Origin: a virus
Lineage: Duplodnaviria; Caudoviricetes
IMG/VR virus record: IMGVR_UViG_3300005614_001084
Span: 1-64,000 of that record
Reading direction: 5' to 3' (one strand)
Length of the DNA stretch: 64,000 nt
The position numbers were made by a program, and so were the translations under genes. The first letter of the stretch is position 1, and every line of letters begins with the position of its first letter. This document shows positions 28,741 through 37,486 of this stretch, in pieces. The notes beneath the pieces are model-generated. The model did not search any database and was not told the origin of the DNA. It worked only from the letters and a program-made list of their open reading frames with translations.

Positions 28741-29539
28741 CGCTACCAGCATCCTGGACGTGCCGAGCTTGTCGATCGCCGACGTGTTCGACATCGACGG
28801 CACGTACCAAGAACTGATCAGCACCATCCCGCGTGACAACCGCCAGGGCGTCTTCCACCCCTCGGGAGTGGGGCGCTGCGGCCGGGCGAACGTCTACGAG
28901 TATCGCGGAGAGCCCTGCCACCCCTTCACCACGCCGGACTCCATCGAGTACTTCGATCTCGGGCACGCCATCCACGAGCTGGTGGGTAAGCGTCTGGGTG
29001 ATCTCTCCCGCATTCTGAGCCCGAAGAACATCGGCTACAGCTTCAGGCGTGAGGTCCCCTTCGATCCTGCGTGGGACAAGCTCTTCGTCGACCTCGGCAT
29101 CGCCGGCACCACTGACGGGTTGCTGGAGTTCTGGGCCGATGACTGGCGGCAGCGCTCGATACTGGAGATCAAGTCGGCGAACAAGGACGGGTTCGACACC
29201 CTGTCCAAGCCGAAGCTCGAACACGTGATGCAGGCCCACATCTACGCGTACCGCTTCGACTGCCCGATCATGTACATCTGGTACTACGGCAAGAACAACT
29301 CCCAGCGCAAGATCTATCCAGTGCTGTTCGACCATGCCATCATGGCCGCGGCATTGGCGAAGTTCGAGGGATGGCTCCAGCACTTCGAGGCTGGCACGCT
29401 GCCTCCGCGCGAGGAGGACTACTACAAGTGCCCGCGGTGTGAATACCGCGGCTCGTGCCAACCCGGAGTGCTCTACAAGATCCAGAACAAGAACAACGAG
29501 AAGAAGGCCACAAACCTTCGACAGCGCGGGAGGCTCTAG
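28727..29539 (+). CDS. Cas4-like Fe-S PD-(D/E)xK exonuclease
   Basis: HPSGVGRCGR, GHAIH, GTTDG, LEIKS, QAHIY, C-terminal CPRCEYRGSC. Confidence 0.8.
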   Translation: MPPRSATSILDVPSLSIADVFDIDGTYQELISTIPRDNRQGVFHPSGVGRCGRANVYEYRGEPCHPFTTPDSIEYFDLGHAIHELVGKRLGDLSRILSPKNIGYSFRREVPFDPAWDKLFVDLGIAGTTDGLLEFWADDWRQRSILEIKSANKDGFDTLSKPKLEHVMQAHIYAYRFDCPIMYIWYYGKNNSQRKIYPVLFDHAIMAAALAKFEGWLQHFEAGTLPPREEDYYKCPRCEYRGSCQPGVLYKIQNKNNEKKATNLRQRGRL

Positions 29540-30138
29540 TGCCGAAGATCGATCTAGGAAAAGCACCGGTCTTGTCGAGCGACGAAAGGGAGCAGTACAA
29601 GAACGCCCAAGAGATCATCGACGAGGTCGAGGCCCAGGTGGAAGCCAAGGGCCTGACGAAGTTCCCACGGCCCACAGGCGAGCCAGCGGACCTCACTCAG
29701 ATCGACGTCACCTCGATGTCGAACAACGAGCTGGGGCAGCACTTCATCCGCTACACCGCGTACGCCCAGTACGTCTTCGGGGACCTCGCGAACATCGAAG
29801 CGGCGTACAAGGTCGGCGCAGCTTCGCTAAAGCTGATCGAAGCGAACCTGAAGTCGAAGCTCTTCGCGAAGGACATCCCGAAGGTCGAGATCCCGGCCCT
29901 GGTCCGAGAGGACCCGGTTCGCGTGGAGTACGAGCTGGAGCTGCTTCGTCTCTTCGCGATGAAGGAGATCTTGGAGGCTCGCTACAAGGCGTATCAGCGC
30001 AGTGCCGACGCGCTTTCTCGCATCATCGAGCTGCGCAAGCTCGACTTCGACCAGTCGATGCGGGACGCCAACATCGCGAACCACCGCAAGCGACCGACCA
30101 GGCCCTCCGCCGGGGACTTCAGCCGTGGCGGTTCTTAG
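29539..30138 (+). CDS. Helical/coiled-coil hypothetical protein
   Basis: GTG 29539 overlaps the upstream TAG; SD GGAGG. Confidence 0.65.
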   Translation: MPKIDLGKAPVLSSDEREQYKNAQEIIDEVEAQVEAKGLTKFPRPTGEPADLTQIDVTSMSNNELGQHFIRYTAYAQYVFGDLANIEAAYKVGAASLKLIEANLKSKLFAKDIPKVEIPALVREDPVRVEYELELLRLFAMKEILEARYKAYQRSADALSRIIELRKLDFDQSMRDANIANHRKRPTRPSAGDFSRGGS

Positions 30139-30670
30139 GCGGAACGAGATCGACGAGGAGTTGCGGCGGATCGAAGATCACGACGCCCAGAAGATTCTGG
30201 TGGTCGAGAACTGGGTCCGTCTTCGTGACCCTCGTCCGATCAGCGTGAACGCGGCGTACACCCGAGCGCGCGGCATGGTCTTCCTGTCCAAGGAGGGCAA
30301 GGTCTTCGAGGATGCGCTTCGGGCCGAAGTCTCGCAAACCCTGATGCACAGCCAGGTGCCGTGGGGACAGGTGGTCGACCTCGTCTATAAGCAAGGGGGG
30401 AGTCTAGCCCTAGAGATCTGGCTGTACACCGACATGCTCAACGGAGCGTGGAAGGTGGGCGGCGGCACGACCTCAGGAGGCAAGACGGGAAAGCCACAGC
30501 CTCGTTCCCCCTACAAGAAGATGGACGCCAGCAACTACATCAAGCTGATCGAAGACGCAGTGGTGAAGGGAAGCGGTGTCGACGATTCCGCCAACCTCGA
30601 CGTCACCATCTGCAAACGCCACGACCCGGTTGACCCTCGGATCGTAATCCGGTATCGAGGCTTCGAATGA
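30125..30670 (+). CDS. rusA: RusA-like Holliday-junction resolvase
   Basis: PISVNAAY, DASNYIKLIEDA, GVDDS. Confidence 0.75.
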   Translation: MAVLRRNEIDEELRRIEDHDAQKILVVENWVRLRDPRPISVNAAYTRARGMVFLSKEGKVFEDALRAEVSQTLMHSQVPWGQVVDLVYKQGGSLALEIWLYTDMLNGAWKVGGGTTSGGKTGKPQPRSPYKKMDASNYIKLIEDAVVKGSGVDDSANLDVTICKRHDPVDPRIVIRYRGFE

Positions 30671-30918
30671 GCAAGCCCACCGAGCTGATCACCCTCAACA
30701 AGGACACGACCGAAGACCCCCGGTTCGCGGTCTGTTACGCCCGGGGCTCCGTGTTCCGCCCCGAGGGTCACTTCTTCCGTGTCGAGAAGGGCAAGCGGAG
30801 CGTTGTGCTTCGCGCCCTCTGTGCATCCCTGTACTTCGGCCGTAAGTGCGAGATCTGCCCGAACAGCCGGTTCAAGATGCGCTTCCGCGCGGGAGGCCCT
30901 GATGCAGGATCTCCTTGA
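30667..30918 (+). CDS. Small Cys-rich hypothetical protein
   Basis: ATGA overlap; C..C..CxxC. Confidence 0.6.
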   Translation: MSKPTELITLNKDTTEDPRFAVCYARGSVFRPEGHFFRVEKGKRSVVLRALCASLYFGRKCEICPNSRFKMRFRAGGPDAGSP

Positions 30919-31231
30919 CTCTCTGAACGTCAGCGAGCTAGTGCTGATGGCCCAAGAGACGAACCCCAGTGCTCACCGCGGCCTACCGCGCGAGACCCTG
31001 ATCCGCCTCGCCCTCGGCGAGGATGTGGATCTTCCCCAACGAAGAGTAGATAAGACGCGTCTGCTGGTGATGCAGTGGATCGACGCGAACTTCAAGCAGG
31101 TGTCCCCCATCGTCGGTGGATGCCCCGCTCGAACCCGAGATCTTAGGGCGTGCTTCCAGTGCACGGATGTCCAAGCAACGGAATGCGCTCTGACGAATAG
31201 CTTCATCTTGAAGAACACGGAAACCAGGTAG
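30902..31231 (+). CDS. Hypothetical Cys-containing protein
   Basis: SD GGAGG then ATG 30902. Confidence 0.6.
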   Translation: MQDLLDSLNVSELVLMAQETNPSAHRGLPRETLIRLALGEDVDLPQRRVDKTRLLVMQWIDANFKQVSPIVGGCPARTRDLRACFQCTDVQATECALTNSFILKNTETR

Positions 31232-31246
31232 AGGAGAACGATCAAA

Positions 31247-31672
31247 ATGGGACTTCCCGCAGGAATCGAGAAGCGCAGCCGTGAAGCGTGGCTGGAGCTG
31301 GCGAACAACTCCGACGCTGCCAAGCGCAAGGTCGTCACGGACGCGCTCCGCGCGCTCGGCAAGTCGTCGACCGACTACATGCCGTGGGACGCGGCGACCC
31401 GCGTCCAGCACATCATGGACGCGCAGGGCGCGGACGAGGGCGGCGGCGCGAAGGCGTCGAGTGCCAAGGACAAGGTCGACTCGTCCGAGGGCACGAAGAG
31501 CAGCGGTGGCGGTGGTGGCGTCGACGCCGCGACGAAGAAGGCCATCGCGGAGCTGGACGCGCGCACGCGCAAGATCCACGACCTGCTCGTGGTCCTCGTC
31601 CTCTCGACGCCGTCCGCGAAGGCGAACGCCGAGGAGATGGAGATCAAGCTGGAGCTGCTGGGAAACGGCTGA
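31247..31672 (+). CDS. Hypothetical protein
   Basis: SD GAGGAG; 141 aa. Confidence 0.7.
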   Translation: MGLPAGIEKRSREAWLELANNSDAAKRKVVTDALRALGKSSTDYMPWDAATRVQHIMDAQGADEGGGAKASSAKDKVDSSEGTKSSGGGGGVDAATKKAIAELDARTRKIHDLLVVLVLSTPSAKANAEEMEIKLELLGNG

Positions 31673-31905
31673 CGTCCTCTCGGCCGATTCGAGGAACCCC
31701 GATCCAAGTCATCCCCGGAGTGGAGCCCCTCCCTCCGGGGATGATGATCGAGGTGAGTGCCACCAAGCTGCGTGAGATGGGTCTGGACGACCTGAAGATC
31801 CTCGCGCAGCAGCTCGGCATCAACCTCACCGGCCTTGAGGACCGTGAATCCGCCATCCGCACCAGGCTGGTGGAGAACGCCGTCGAGATCGAACCGGAGG
31901 AGTGA
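31669..31905 (+). CDS. Small hypothetical protein with a short helical (HeH/Rho-N-like) motif
   Basis: KLREMGLDDLKILAQQLGI; start either CTG 31669 (CTGA overlap) or ATG 31741. Confidence 0.55.
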   Translation: MTSSRPIRGTPIQVIPGVEPLPPGMMIEVSATKLREMGLDDLKILAQQLGINLTGLEDRESAIRTRLVENAVEIEPEE

Positions 31906-31908
31906 CCT

Positions 31909-31946
31909 GAGGCGGGCCCGTAACTGGGCTCGCCTCTTGTCTTTTT
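31909..31946 (+). terminator. Rho-independent terminator ending the replication operon
   Basis: GAGGCGGGCCC-GTAACT-GGGCTCGCCTC followed by TTGTCTTTTT. Confidence 0.8.
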
Positions 31947-31960
31947 GCCTACGATCTCAC

Positions 31961-31970
31961 CTATAAGCAG
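31961..31970 (+). promoter_or_regulatory. CTATAAGCAG phage promoter motif
   Basis: Variant of CTATCAGCAG just after a terminator; SD AAGGAG; ATG 31987. Confidence 0.65.
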
Positions 31971-31986
31971 ATGAAGGAGAACCCCC

Positions 31987-32376
31987 ATGAAGACCATCCT
32001 GCTCGTCGAGGACGCCGACTACAAAGCCAACGCCATCCGCCGCGTGCTCTCCAAGGCCGGCGTTGAGGTGGTGCGGGCGTCGAGCCTGCACCAGGCCATG
32101 CACGCGCTCCGCGAGGAGAGCACGAACCAGTACATCGGTGCCGTGATCATCGACTGGACGTTCCCGTACCACGGGGACGGCGAGCCGAGGAAGGGCGCGG
32201 GCTCCCGCGTCGTCACGGAATGCCAGGAGCGCAACCTGCCGTTCGTCGTGGTCAGCGGCGACGATCCCCAAGACGATATCAAGCCGTGGATCACCTTCAA
32301 GCCGGAGGTCGCGCTCGACGCGCTGAAGGCTTGGGTGGAGGAGACGAAGAAGACGGTGCCGGAGCTGGTGTGCTGA
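31987..32376 (+). CDS. Stand-alone response-regulator receiver (REC) domain protein
   Basis: ILLVED, VIIDW (phospho-acceptor Asp), PFVVVSG, FKP. Confidence 0.85.
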   Translation: MKTILLVEDADYKANAIRRVLSKAGVEVVRASSLHQAMHALREESTNQYIGAVIIDWTFPYHGDGEPRKGAGSRVVTECQERNLPFVVVSGDDPQDDIKPWITFKPEVALDALKAWVEETKKTVPELVC

Positions 32377-32414
32377 TCTAGGCCCGCAAGGGCCGGGGAG
32401 ACAGCTCCCTTTGC

Positions 32415-32915
32415 TTAGAGCTGACTCAGCAAACCGGCGGTCACGCCCACCACCAGACCGACGGCCAAGACCCCCATTACGAACCCGAAGACGAAGGTGT
32501 CGTACCAAGGATGCTCTCGGGCCTGAGCGAGCTGCTGTGCTGCGGTCGCCGCCTGGTCTCGAAGGTCCTGACGAAGTCCGTCGATCTCTCGCTGCATGCT
32601 CGTGGTGGTAAGGCTCAGCTCGGTGGCGTGGCTGCGGCGCTCTGCATCGAGCAGGGATGCCCGCAAGCGGTACTGAAGCTGTAGCTCCTGGCGATACCAC
32701 TCGATGCGGTGGGTCCAGCGGATGCTGGTGTCCATGTCGAGCAGCATGCCCTCGACGGGGGCTGGAGCCCTCAGCGCCAGGTGCTCGATGACGTCGTCGC
32801 CGGGCGGGACGTCCGGAGCCACCAGCGGCTCTTCGGCGTCCTCCTGGGCCCTGGCGAGCCCAGGAGTCGTCCAGACGGCCAGAACGAGCCCCAGGACCGC
32901 CCAGAGCCGGCTCAC
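32415..32915 (-). CDS. Exported membrane-anchored coiled-coil protein (spanin-like?)
   Basis: Signal peptide ending ARA, coiled coil, C-terminal TM; in the lysis-like cluster. Confidence 0.5.
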   Translation of the reverse strand: MSRLWAVLGLVLAVWTTPGLARAQEDAEEPLVAPDVPPGDDVIEHLALRAPAPVEGMLLDMDTSIRWTHRIEWYRQELQLQYRLRASLLDAERRSHATELSLTTTSMQREIDGLRQDLRDQAATAAQQLAQAREHPWYDTFVFGFVMGVLAVGLVVGVTAGLLSQL

Positions 32916-33208
32916 GGTGCCTCCCGCAGGGTAACCGCCCAGTCGAGATACTGGAGCGTCGGGCCCATGTCTCCGGACGCATGTTCCACCACCACCTTGA
33001 GCGGATCGACTCCGAAGTTGATGAAGGCGATCTTCAAGGCCCGCTCGATGTTCTCGCGAGTCACCTGTAGCGCCCCGTTCACTCCGTAGTGAGAAGCAGA
33101 AGGAAAGCCGATCCCGTATTCCACGGTGGTGTAGTCCGGACTGCCGAAATGCTCGACCAAGCTCACGAGCCGCTGATCTCGCGTCTCTTCACCAAGGAGT
33201 AGCCTCAC
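32912..33208 (-). CDS. Hypothetical protein
   Basis: GTGA overlaps at both ends. Confidence 0.5.
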   Translation of the reverse strand: MRLLLGEETRDQRLVSLVEHFGSPDYTTVEYGIGFPSASHYGVNGALQVTRENIERALKIAFINFGVDPLKVVVEHASGDMGPTLQYLDWAVTLREAP

Positions 33209-33555
33209 GGCTTCCCCGCTCGAAGCATGCGGGCGCGGAGTGTGTCGGGGGCGGTCCGCAGCGCATCGACCTCTGCCGCCTGCTGCTGTTCCACCGCCGT
33301 CCGGTCGGCAGTCGCCTTGTCCGCCGCCGCCTTCTCCTCGGCCGCCAGGCGGGCACGCTCCGCTTCGAGCTGACGCTGCCGCGTCTCTTCCTCGATCTTG
33401 GCGCGCTCGTCCGCCTTCTCCGTCGGATCGATGATCTCGACCTGCGGCTTCGGCTGCATGGCGCGCAGCACGAACATCAAGATGCCGATCGGAAACAGCA
33501 CCCACTGCCAGTTCGCCTTGAGCCAGGGCCAGGCGGTGTCCTTGAACCAGTTCAT
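33205..33555 (-). CDS. N-terminal TM plus coiled-coil protein (i-spanin-like)
   Basis: WQWVLFPIGILMFVL followed by an E/R/A-rich coil; ATGA overlap. Confidence 0.55.
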   Translation of the reverse strand: MNWFKDTAWPWLKANWQWVLFPIGILMFVLRAMQPKPQVEIIDPTEKADERAKIEEETRQRQLEAERARLAAEEKAAADKATADRTAVEQQQAAEVDALRTAPDTLRARMLRAGKP

Positions 33556-34124
33556 GCCACCACCGTAGCATCGTACGGGTTCGCCCGGCCGGGCAGGCGA
33601 GCCGCCGGCACCGTGGCACCAAGCGCTGGAGAAGCCAGCGGACGACGCCCACGCGGCACCGTGGCGCCAAGAACCGGAGCCGGTGCCGGTGCCGCTCGAC
33701 CGAGCATGTTCGGCGCCACGCCCGATACCACCGATCCTGCCGAGGTCATCGAGTGCACCTGTGCCGAGGGGTTGGCGAGCGCGTTCATGTACCCCTGGCT
33801 GTACTGATGCGTGTGGTTGAACGCGTCGTGCGTGGTGAGCGGCTTCGCCTGGTTGAAGCTCAGCGGCGTCTGCGCGATACGCTGCTGAAGTCCCGCCTTC
33901 GCAGGAGCCAGCGCCTGGACCTGCCGAGCCGCCCTGACGTCGGCACCAGCGTTGAGGGCCACACTCCGCAGCGCCCCGGGTGCCAGCGACTCCGCCTTCG
34001 CCAGCAACCCGGGCGCCACGCGAGCGCCCTGCGCCGCACGCTGCGCCAGGAACGACGACATCACGCCCGCGCTGAGCGCCGTCTTCACACCCTCCTCGAA
34101 CCCCTGCTGCACGCGCGGATCCAT
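33552..34124 (-). CDS. Ala-rich putative virion protein
   Basis: Start ATG 34124 after SD GAGGGAGG; N-terminal GFEEGVKTA motif. Confidence 0.6.
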   Translation of the reverse strand: MDPRVQQGFEEGVKTALSAGVMSSFLAQRAAQGARVAPGLLAKAESLAPGALRSVALNAGADVRAARQVQALAPAKAGLQQRIAQTPLSFNQAKPLTTHDAFNHTHQYSQGYMNALANPSAQVHSMTSAGSVVSGVAPNMLGRAAPAPAPVLGATVPRGRRPLASPALGATVPAARLPGRANPYDATVVA

Positions 34125-34126
34125 GA

Positions 34127-34645
34127 TCAGCCTCCCTCGGCCTGACGCGTCGGAACGCGGAACCCTTCGATGCCCTTCGAGATCTTGTCGAAGATGTACG
34201 AGCTGAACTGCCCGCAGATCGCGCCCCACATCGCGTAGATGCCTGCGCCTTGCCACACGCCCTGGACCTTGGAGTCGACGTAGGCGGTGAGGACCTCGGG
34301 ATGTACCGGCACGATCGCTGCGATGAGCGCACCGACGAGTACCGGGACGATCGGTAGCACGATGCGGTTCATGATCGGGGTGTCACGACGTACGTCGCGA
34401 CCCACCGCCGCCTTCACCTGGACGGTCGCCGGCTTGGCCGGATCCCGGTAGGTGACGGCCTTGTCGTCCTTCGTTTCCGGTCCCGGCACGATCTCCGGAT
34501 CCGGCGGAGGAACCGAGGTCTGCTTCTGGATGACGCCGTGGCCCGTGTGGATGTCGATGGCGGTCTTGACGAACTGCGTGATCATCCAAGCGATGCCCGC
34601 CACGAGCATCGCCTGCCACGAATAGAACATCTCCAGCGGGCCCAT
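34127..34645 (-). CDS. Holin-like membrane protein
   Basis: Three hydrophobic segments; directly after the tail fibre gene. Confidence 0.55.
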   Translation of the reverse strand: MGPLEMFYSWQAMLVAGIAWMITQFVKTAIDIHTGHGVIQKQTSVPPPDPEIVPGPETKDDKAVTYRDPAKPATVQVKAAVGRDVRRDTPIMNRIVLPIVPVLVGALIAAIVPVHPEVLTAYVDSKVQGVWQGAGIYAMWGAICGQFSSYIFDKISKGIEGFRVPTRQAEGG

Positions 34646-34652
34646 GATCACC

Positions 34653-36830
34653 TCAGTTGTTGCGTGGACCGGGATCCGTGTAGTGGATGCGCACGCCCCA
34701 GAACGTATCTTCCTGGCCGCCCGTGCCGGCGGTGTTGCCGGCGCCGAGGATCATCCAGTAGTCGCGACTGCCGTTGAAGCTGTCGCGCACCACGGTGTGG
34801 CTGAGGCCGGTGATCGAGATGATCTGCTTGTTGGCGGTGGTGTCGTCGTACTCGAACGCGACCTGCACCGGAGCAACGGGGTTCGAGCCCGCCGACACCC
34901 AGCTCTGGGGCGTGTAGCCCACCAGGGCGTAGGCGCGGTTCGTACTGGAGCGCGCGGCGCCCGGCTTCATGATCACCTCGATGCCGGTGATGATCATGCC
35001 GTCGCGCAGATACGGGTTGAGGTCGGCATAGATGTCGCCGCCGTTGCTCTTGATGAGCCAGTAGTTGTTGGTGCCGGCACCGATGTGGAAGTCGGCGACC
35101 GTGCTGTTGAGCTGATCGCGATGGAAGGCGGGCAGCGAGATGTTGTTGTAGCGGGTCGGCGGGTTGACGTATCCGAAGCTCTTCGCTTCGTACGTACCGT
35201 TCGAGTTCAGCCGCGCGTACTCCGCTGTCACGCCGTCTTCGGTCGTGAACATCCGGAACGCGTACTGCGCGTCGTGGCTGCTGACGAAGAACGAGATGCC
35301 CGAGGAGTTCGCCTGAGCCGGAACCTCGATGCTGGCCGCTGCCCGATGTGCCGCGATCTCTTGTCCGAACGTGCGGTCGCCGAGGTTGACGCCGTGCAGG
35401 ATGCGGAAGGTGCCGGTACCCGTCGTGGGGAAGCCCGTGACTGCGGCGCCGCCGAGATCGATGAGGTCGAGCTGGCCGTTACCAGCGCCACGCGCGCTGA
35501 CGCGGTAGATGCCCGCCTGAGCCGACGGAGTAAGGATCTCGATGAAGGTGGCGTCCGGCGCGACGAACCAGTCCGTCGCTGCGACCGTACCGGACACGAT
35601 GCGACCACCCGGCGAGCCGAAGGTGAAGTTGATCGTTCCGCCCGTGAAGATTGCACTTCCGCGCGACTCGCTCGACACCACCACGCCGTAGTGGTGGTTG
35701 ATCTGGTCGTCGATGCGGACCACGACCCCGGCTTCGTACGGCTGAGTCCCGCCGATCTGCGAGTAGTATCCGGGATTGCCGAAGCCAACGCCCGACGCCA
35801 ACTGCGCCGCCGTCAGCAGAGCACTGGTGGCAACGCTGAAGATCTGGCCGAGACCGTCGACGCCCATGATGGCGGCCGTCGTTCCGGTCGCGAAACGCGA
35901 CTTGACGAGGAAGGCGTAACCGGCTCCGCCCGTCAGTAGCTGATCGAAACGCCCGCCCACGGCACCCGGGATGAACTCCATGGCGGCGCCGGCTCCTGGC
36001 ATGCCGGTGACGACGATGCCCTGGAACCCAAGTCCCGTGGAGGCGTTCGGCGCGTTCGTCATGAACATCGGACGGAAGATCCGGATGTTCACGCTCTCGT
36101 TCGCCACGAAACTCGGAACCGTGCCGTCGAGACGCTTCAGCGTGCAGCGCGTGGTCGTCGAGAGCAGGCTGACGTAGTAGAGCCCCGGGTTCGTCCCGTT
36201 CAGGATCTCGACCATGTCCCGCTTCAGCATCAGATCGCTGTTGCTGCCGCCGTCCTTGAACGTCCCTGCACCGAGGGTAACGCTGTCCACGACGCTACCG
36301 CCCACGTTCAGCGTGGCCGCGATGATGCCGCCGGGCAGCGTGGAACCACCTCCGCTGAGGATGACGTCTCGTCGATCGATGTAGCCGTACGACTGCGTGG
36401 GCAGCGAGACACCGCTCCGCCCCACGAAGTCGAAGCCGCCGCCACCGTCGATGCTATCGCTGATCGCGTTGGCGCGGAAGTGCGCGTTGGCGTGATCGTC
36501 CGTGTACATCGTGGCGAGAGTGGAACGCGTCTCCACCGCACCGGCATCCTTCGTCACGACACGACCCGAACCCGCCGGACCGACGGTACCGAGGTCGTAG
36601 GCGGCGTCGAGGCCGCCCACCTCGAACGAGGCCAGACGCGTGTTGAGGTCCTGGTCGTTCAGCGCCAGGGCGAAGTGCGTCCGGTTGGCGATCGCAGCCG
36701 TGAGCTGCTCGCCGAACTGGACGCCGCGGTTGCCGGCACTCGTCCCCGGAGGATTCGAGGTCGAATAGGGAACGGCGGGCCCGAACCCGCCACCATCACC
36801 GAAGATCTCTGCTGCCGTCTTGAAAGACAT
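34653..36830 (-). CDS. Putative tail fibre / receptor-binding protein
   Basis: 725 aa, G/S/T-rich; N-terminal FGEQLTAAIANR..ALALND anchor-like region; follows baseplate genes. Confidence 0.6.
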   Translation of the reverse strand: MSFKTAAEIFGDGGGFGPAVPYSTSNPPGTSAGNRGVQFGEQLTAAIANRTHFALALNDQDLNTRLASFEVGGLDAAYDLGTVGPAGSGRVVTKDAGAVETRSTLATMYTDDHANAHFRANAISDSIDGGGGFDFVGRSGVSLPTQSYGYIDRRDVILSGGGSTLPGGIIAATLNVGGSVVDSVTLGAGTFKDGGSNSDLMLKRDMVEILNGTNPGLYYVSLLSTTTRCTLKRLDGTVPSFVANESVNIRIFRPMFMTNAPNASTGLGFQGIVVTGMPGAGAAMEFIPGAVGGRFDQLLTGGAGYAFLVKSRFATGTTAAIMGVDGLGQIFSVATSALLTAAQLASGVGFGNPGYYSQIGGTQPYEAGVVVRIDDQINHHYGVVVSSESRGSAIFTGGTINFTFGSPGGRIVSGTVAATDWFVAPDATFIEILTPSAQAGIYRVSARGAGNGQLDLIDLGGAAVTGFPTTGTGTFRILHGVNLGDRTFGQEIAAHRAAASIEVPAQANSSGISFFVSSHDAQYAFRMFTTEDGVTAEYARLNSNGTYEAKSFGYVNPPTRYNNISLPAFHRDQLNSTVADFHIGAGTNNYWLIKSNGGDIYADLNPYLRDGMIITGIEVIMKPGAARSSTNRAYALVGYTPQSWVSAGSNPVAPVQVAFEYDDTTANKQIISITGLSHTVVRDSFNGSRDYWMILGAGNTAGTGGQEDTFWGVRIHYTDPGPRNN

Positions 36831-36844
36831 GTCTCACTCCGTGA

Positions 36845-37486
36845 TCAGAGGCGGAACTCCCAGCGCACTTCGATCGAGAAGAGGCCGGTCTTCGAGATGG
36901 TGTCGAACGTGTCGTAGGCCATGGTATGGCCGCCCGCGCCCGGGTACGCGCCCGCAGATCCGTTGGGAAGCGTGGGATCGGCGCTGCTCTTGTACAGCGC
37001 GATCTCCGACAGCGGCACCGAAGTGAAGCCGCCGAAGTTGATGTCGGTCTGGCCGAACACCGCGATGAAGCGCGTCGCGGTGGCCGTGGGGAAGGTGCCG
37101 GGAGTCGAGATCTGCTGCATCCAGATCGGATCTGCGGTCACCGCAACCGGACGCTCCAGGCGGCTCACCGTGACGTCGGTATCCGTCTGCGCGTTCGTCC
37201 CGCCGTAGCCGGTGGGGTACGAGCTGGAGTACGGAGCCGATGCCGCCGCCGGGTTGTTCTGGCGGGTGCCGCCGATGCCGAAGCCGATGTACCGGACGAC
37301 GGTGTCCTGAGTACGGGTGAAACTGCTCGGCCCGAGGCTCGATGGAGTAATGACCTCGCAGATCATCTGGCGCCCGGTGTTCACGACGATGTTGTGCTGT
37401 CGCTGATGCCACAGCCGGCGCTTCCCGCGCTCGAACAGGTCGATCTCCAGGTTCCACTTCACTTCGAGTTCTTCGGCGATTCTCAT
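36845..37486 (-). CDS. Tail-collar/baseplate-associated protein
   Basis: HNIVVNTGR, YIGFGIG, EIALY, YDTFDTISKT..WEFRL resemble fibre-attachment proteins. Confidence 0.55.
   Translation of the reverse strand: MRIAEELEVKWNLEIDLFERGKRRLWHQRQHNIVVNTGRQMICEVITPSSLGPSSFTRTQDTVVRYIGFGIGGTRQNNPAAASAPYSSSYPTGYGGTNAQTDTDVTVSRLERPVAVTADPIWMQQISTPGTFPTATATRFIAVFGQTDINFGGFTSVPLSEIALYKSSADPTLPNGSAGAYPGAGGHTMAYDTFDTISKTGLFSIEVRWEFRL

Noticed and set aside
28727-29539. CRISPR-Cas locus
   Set aside because: Only a solo Cas4-like nuclease; no repeat-spacer array or other cas genes seen
34653-36830. Diversity-generating retroelement target
   Set aside because: No reverse transcriptase and no TR/VR duplication noticed in the window
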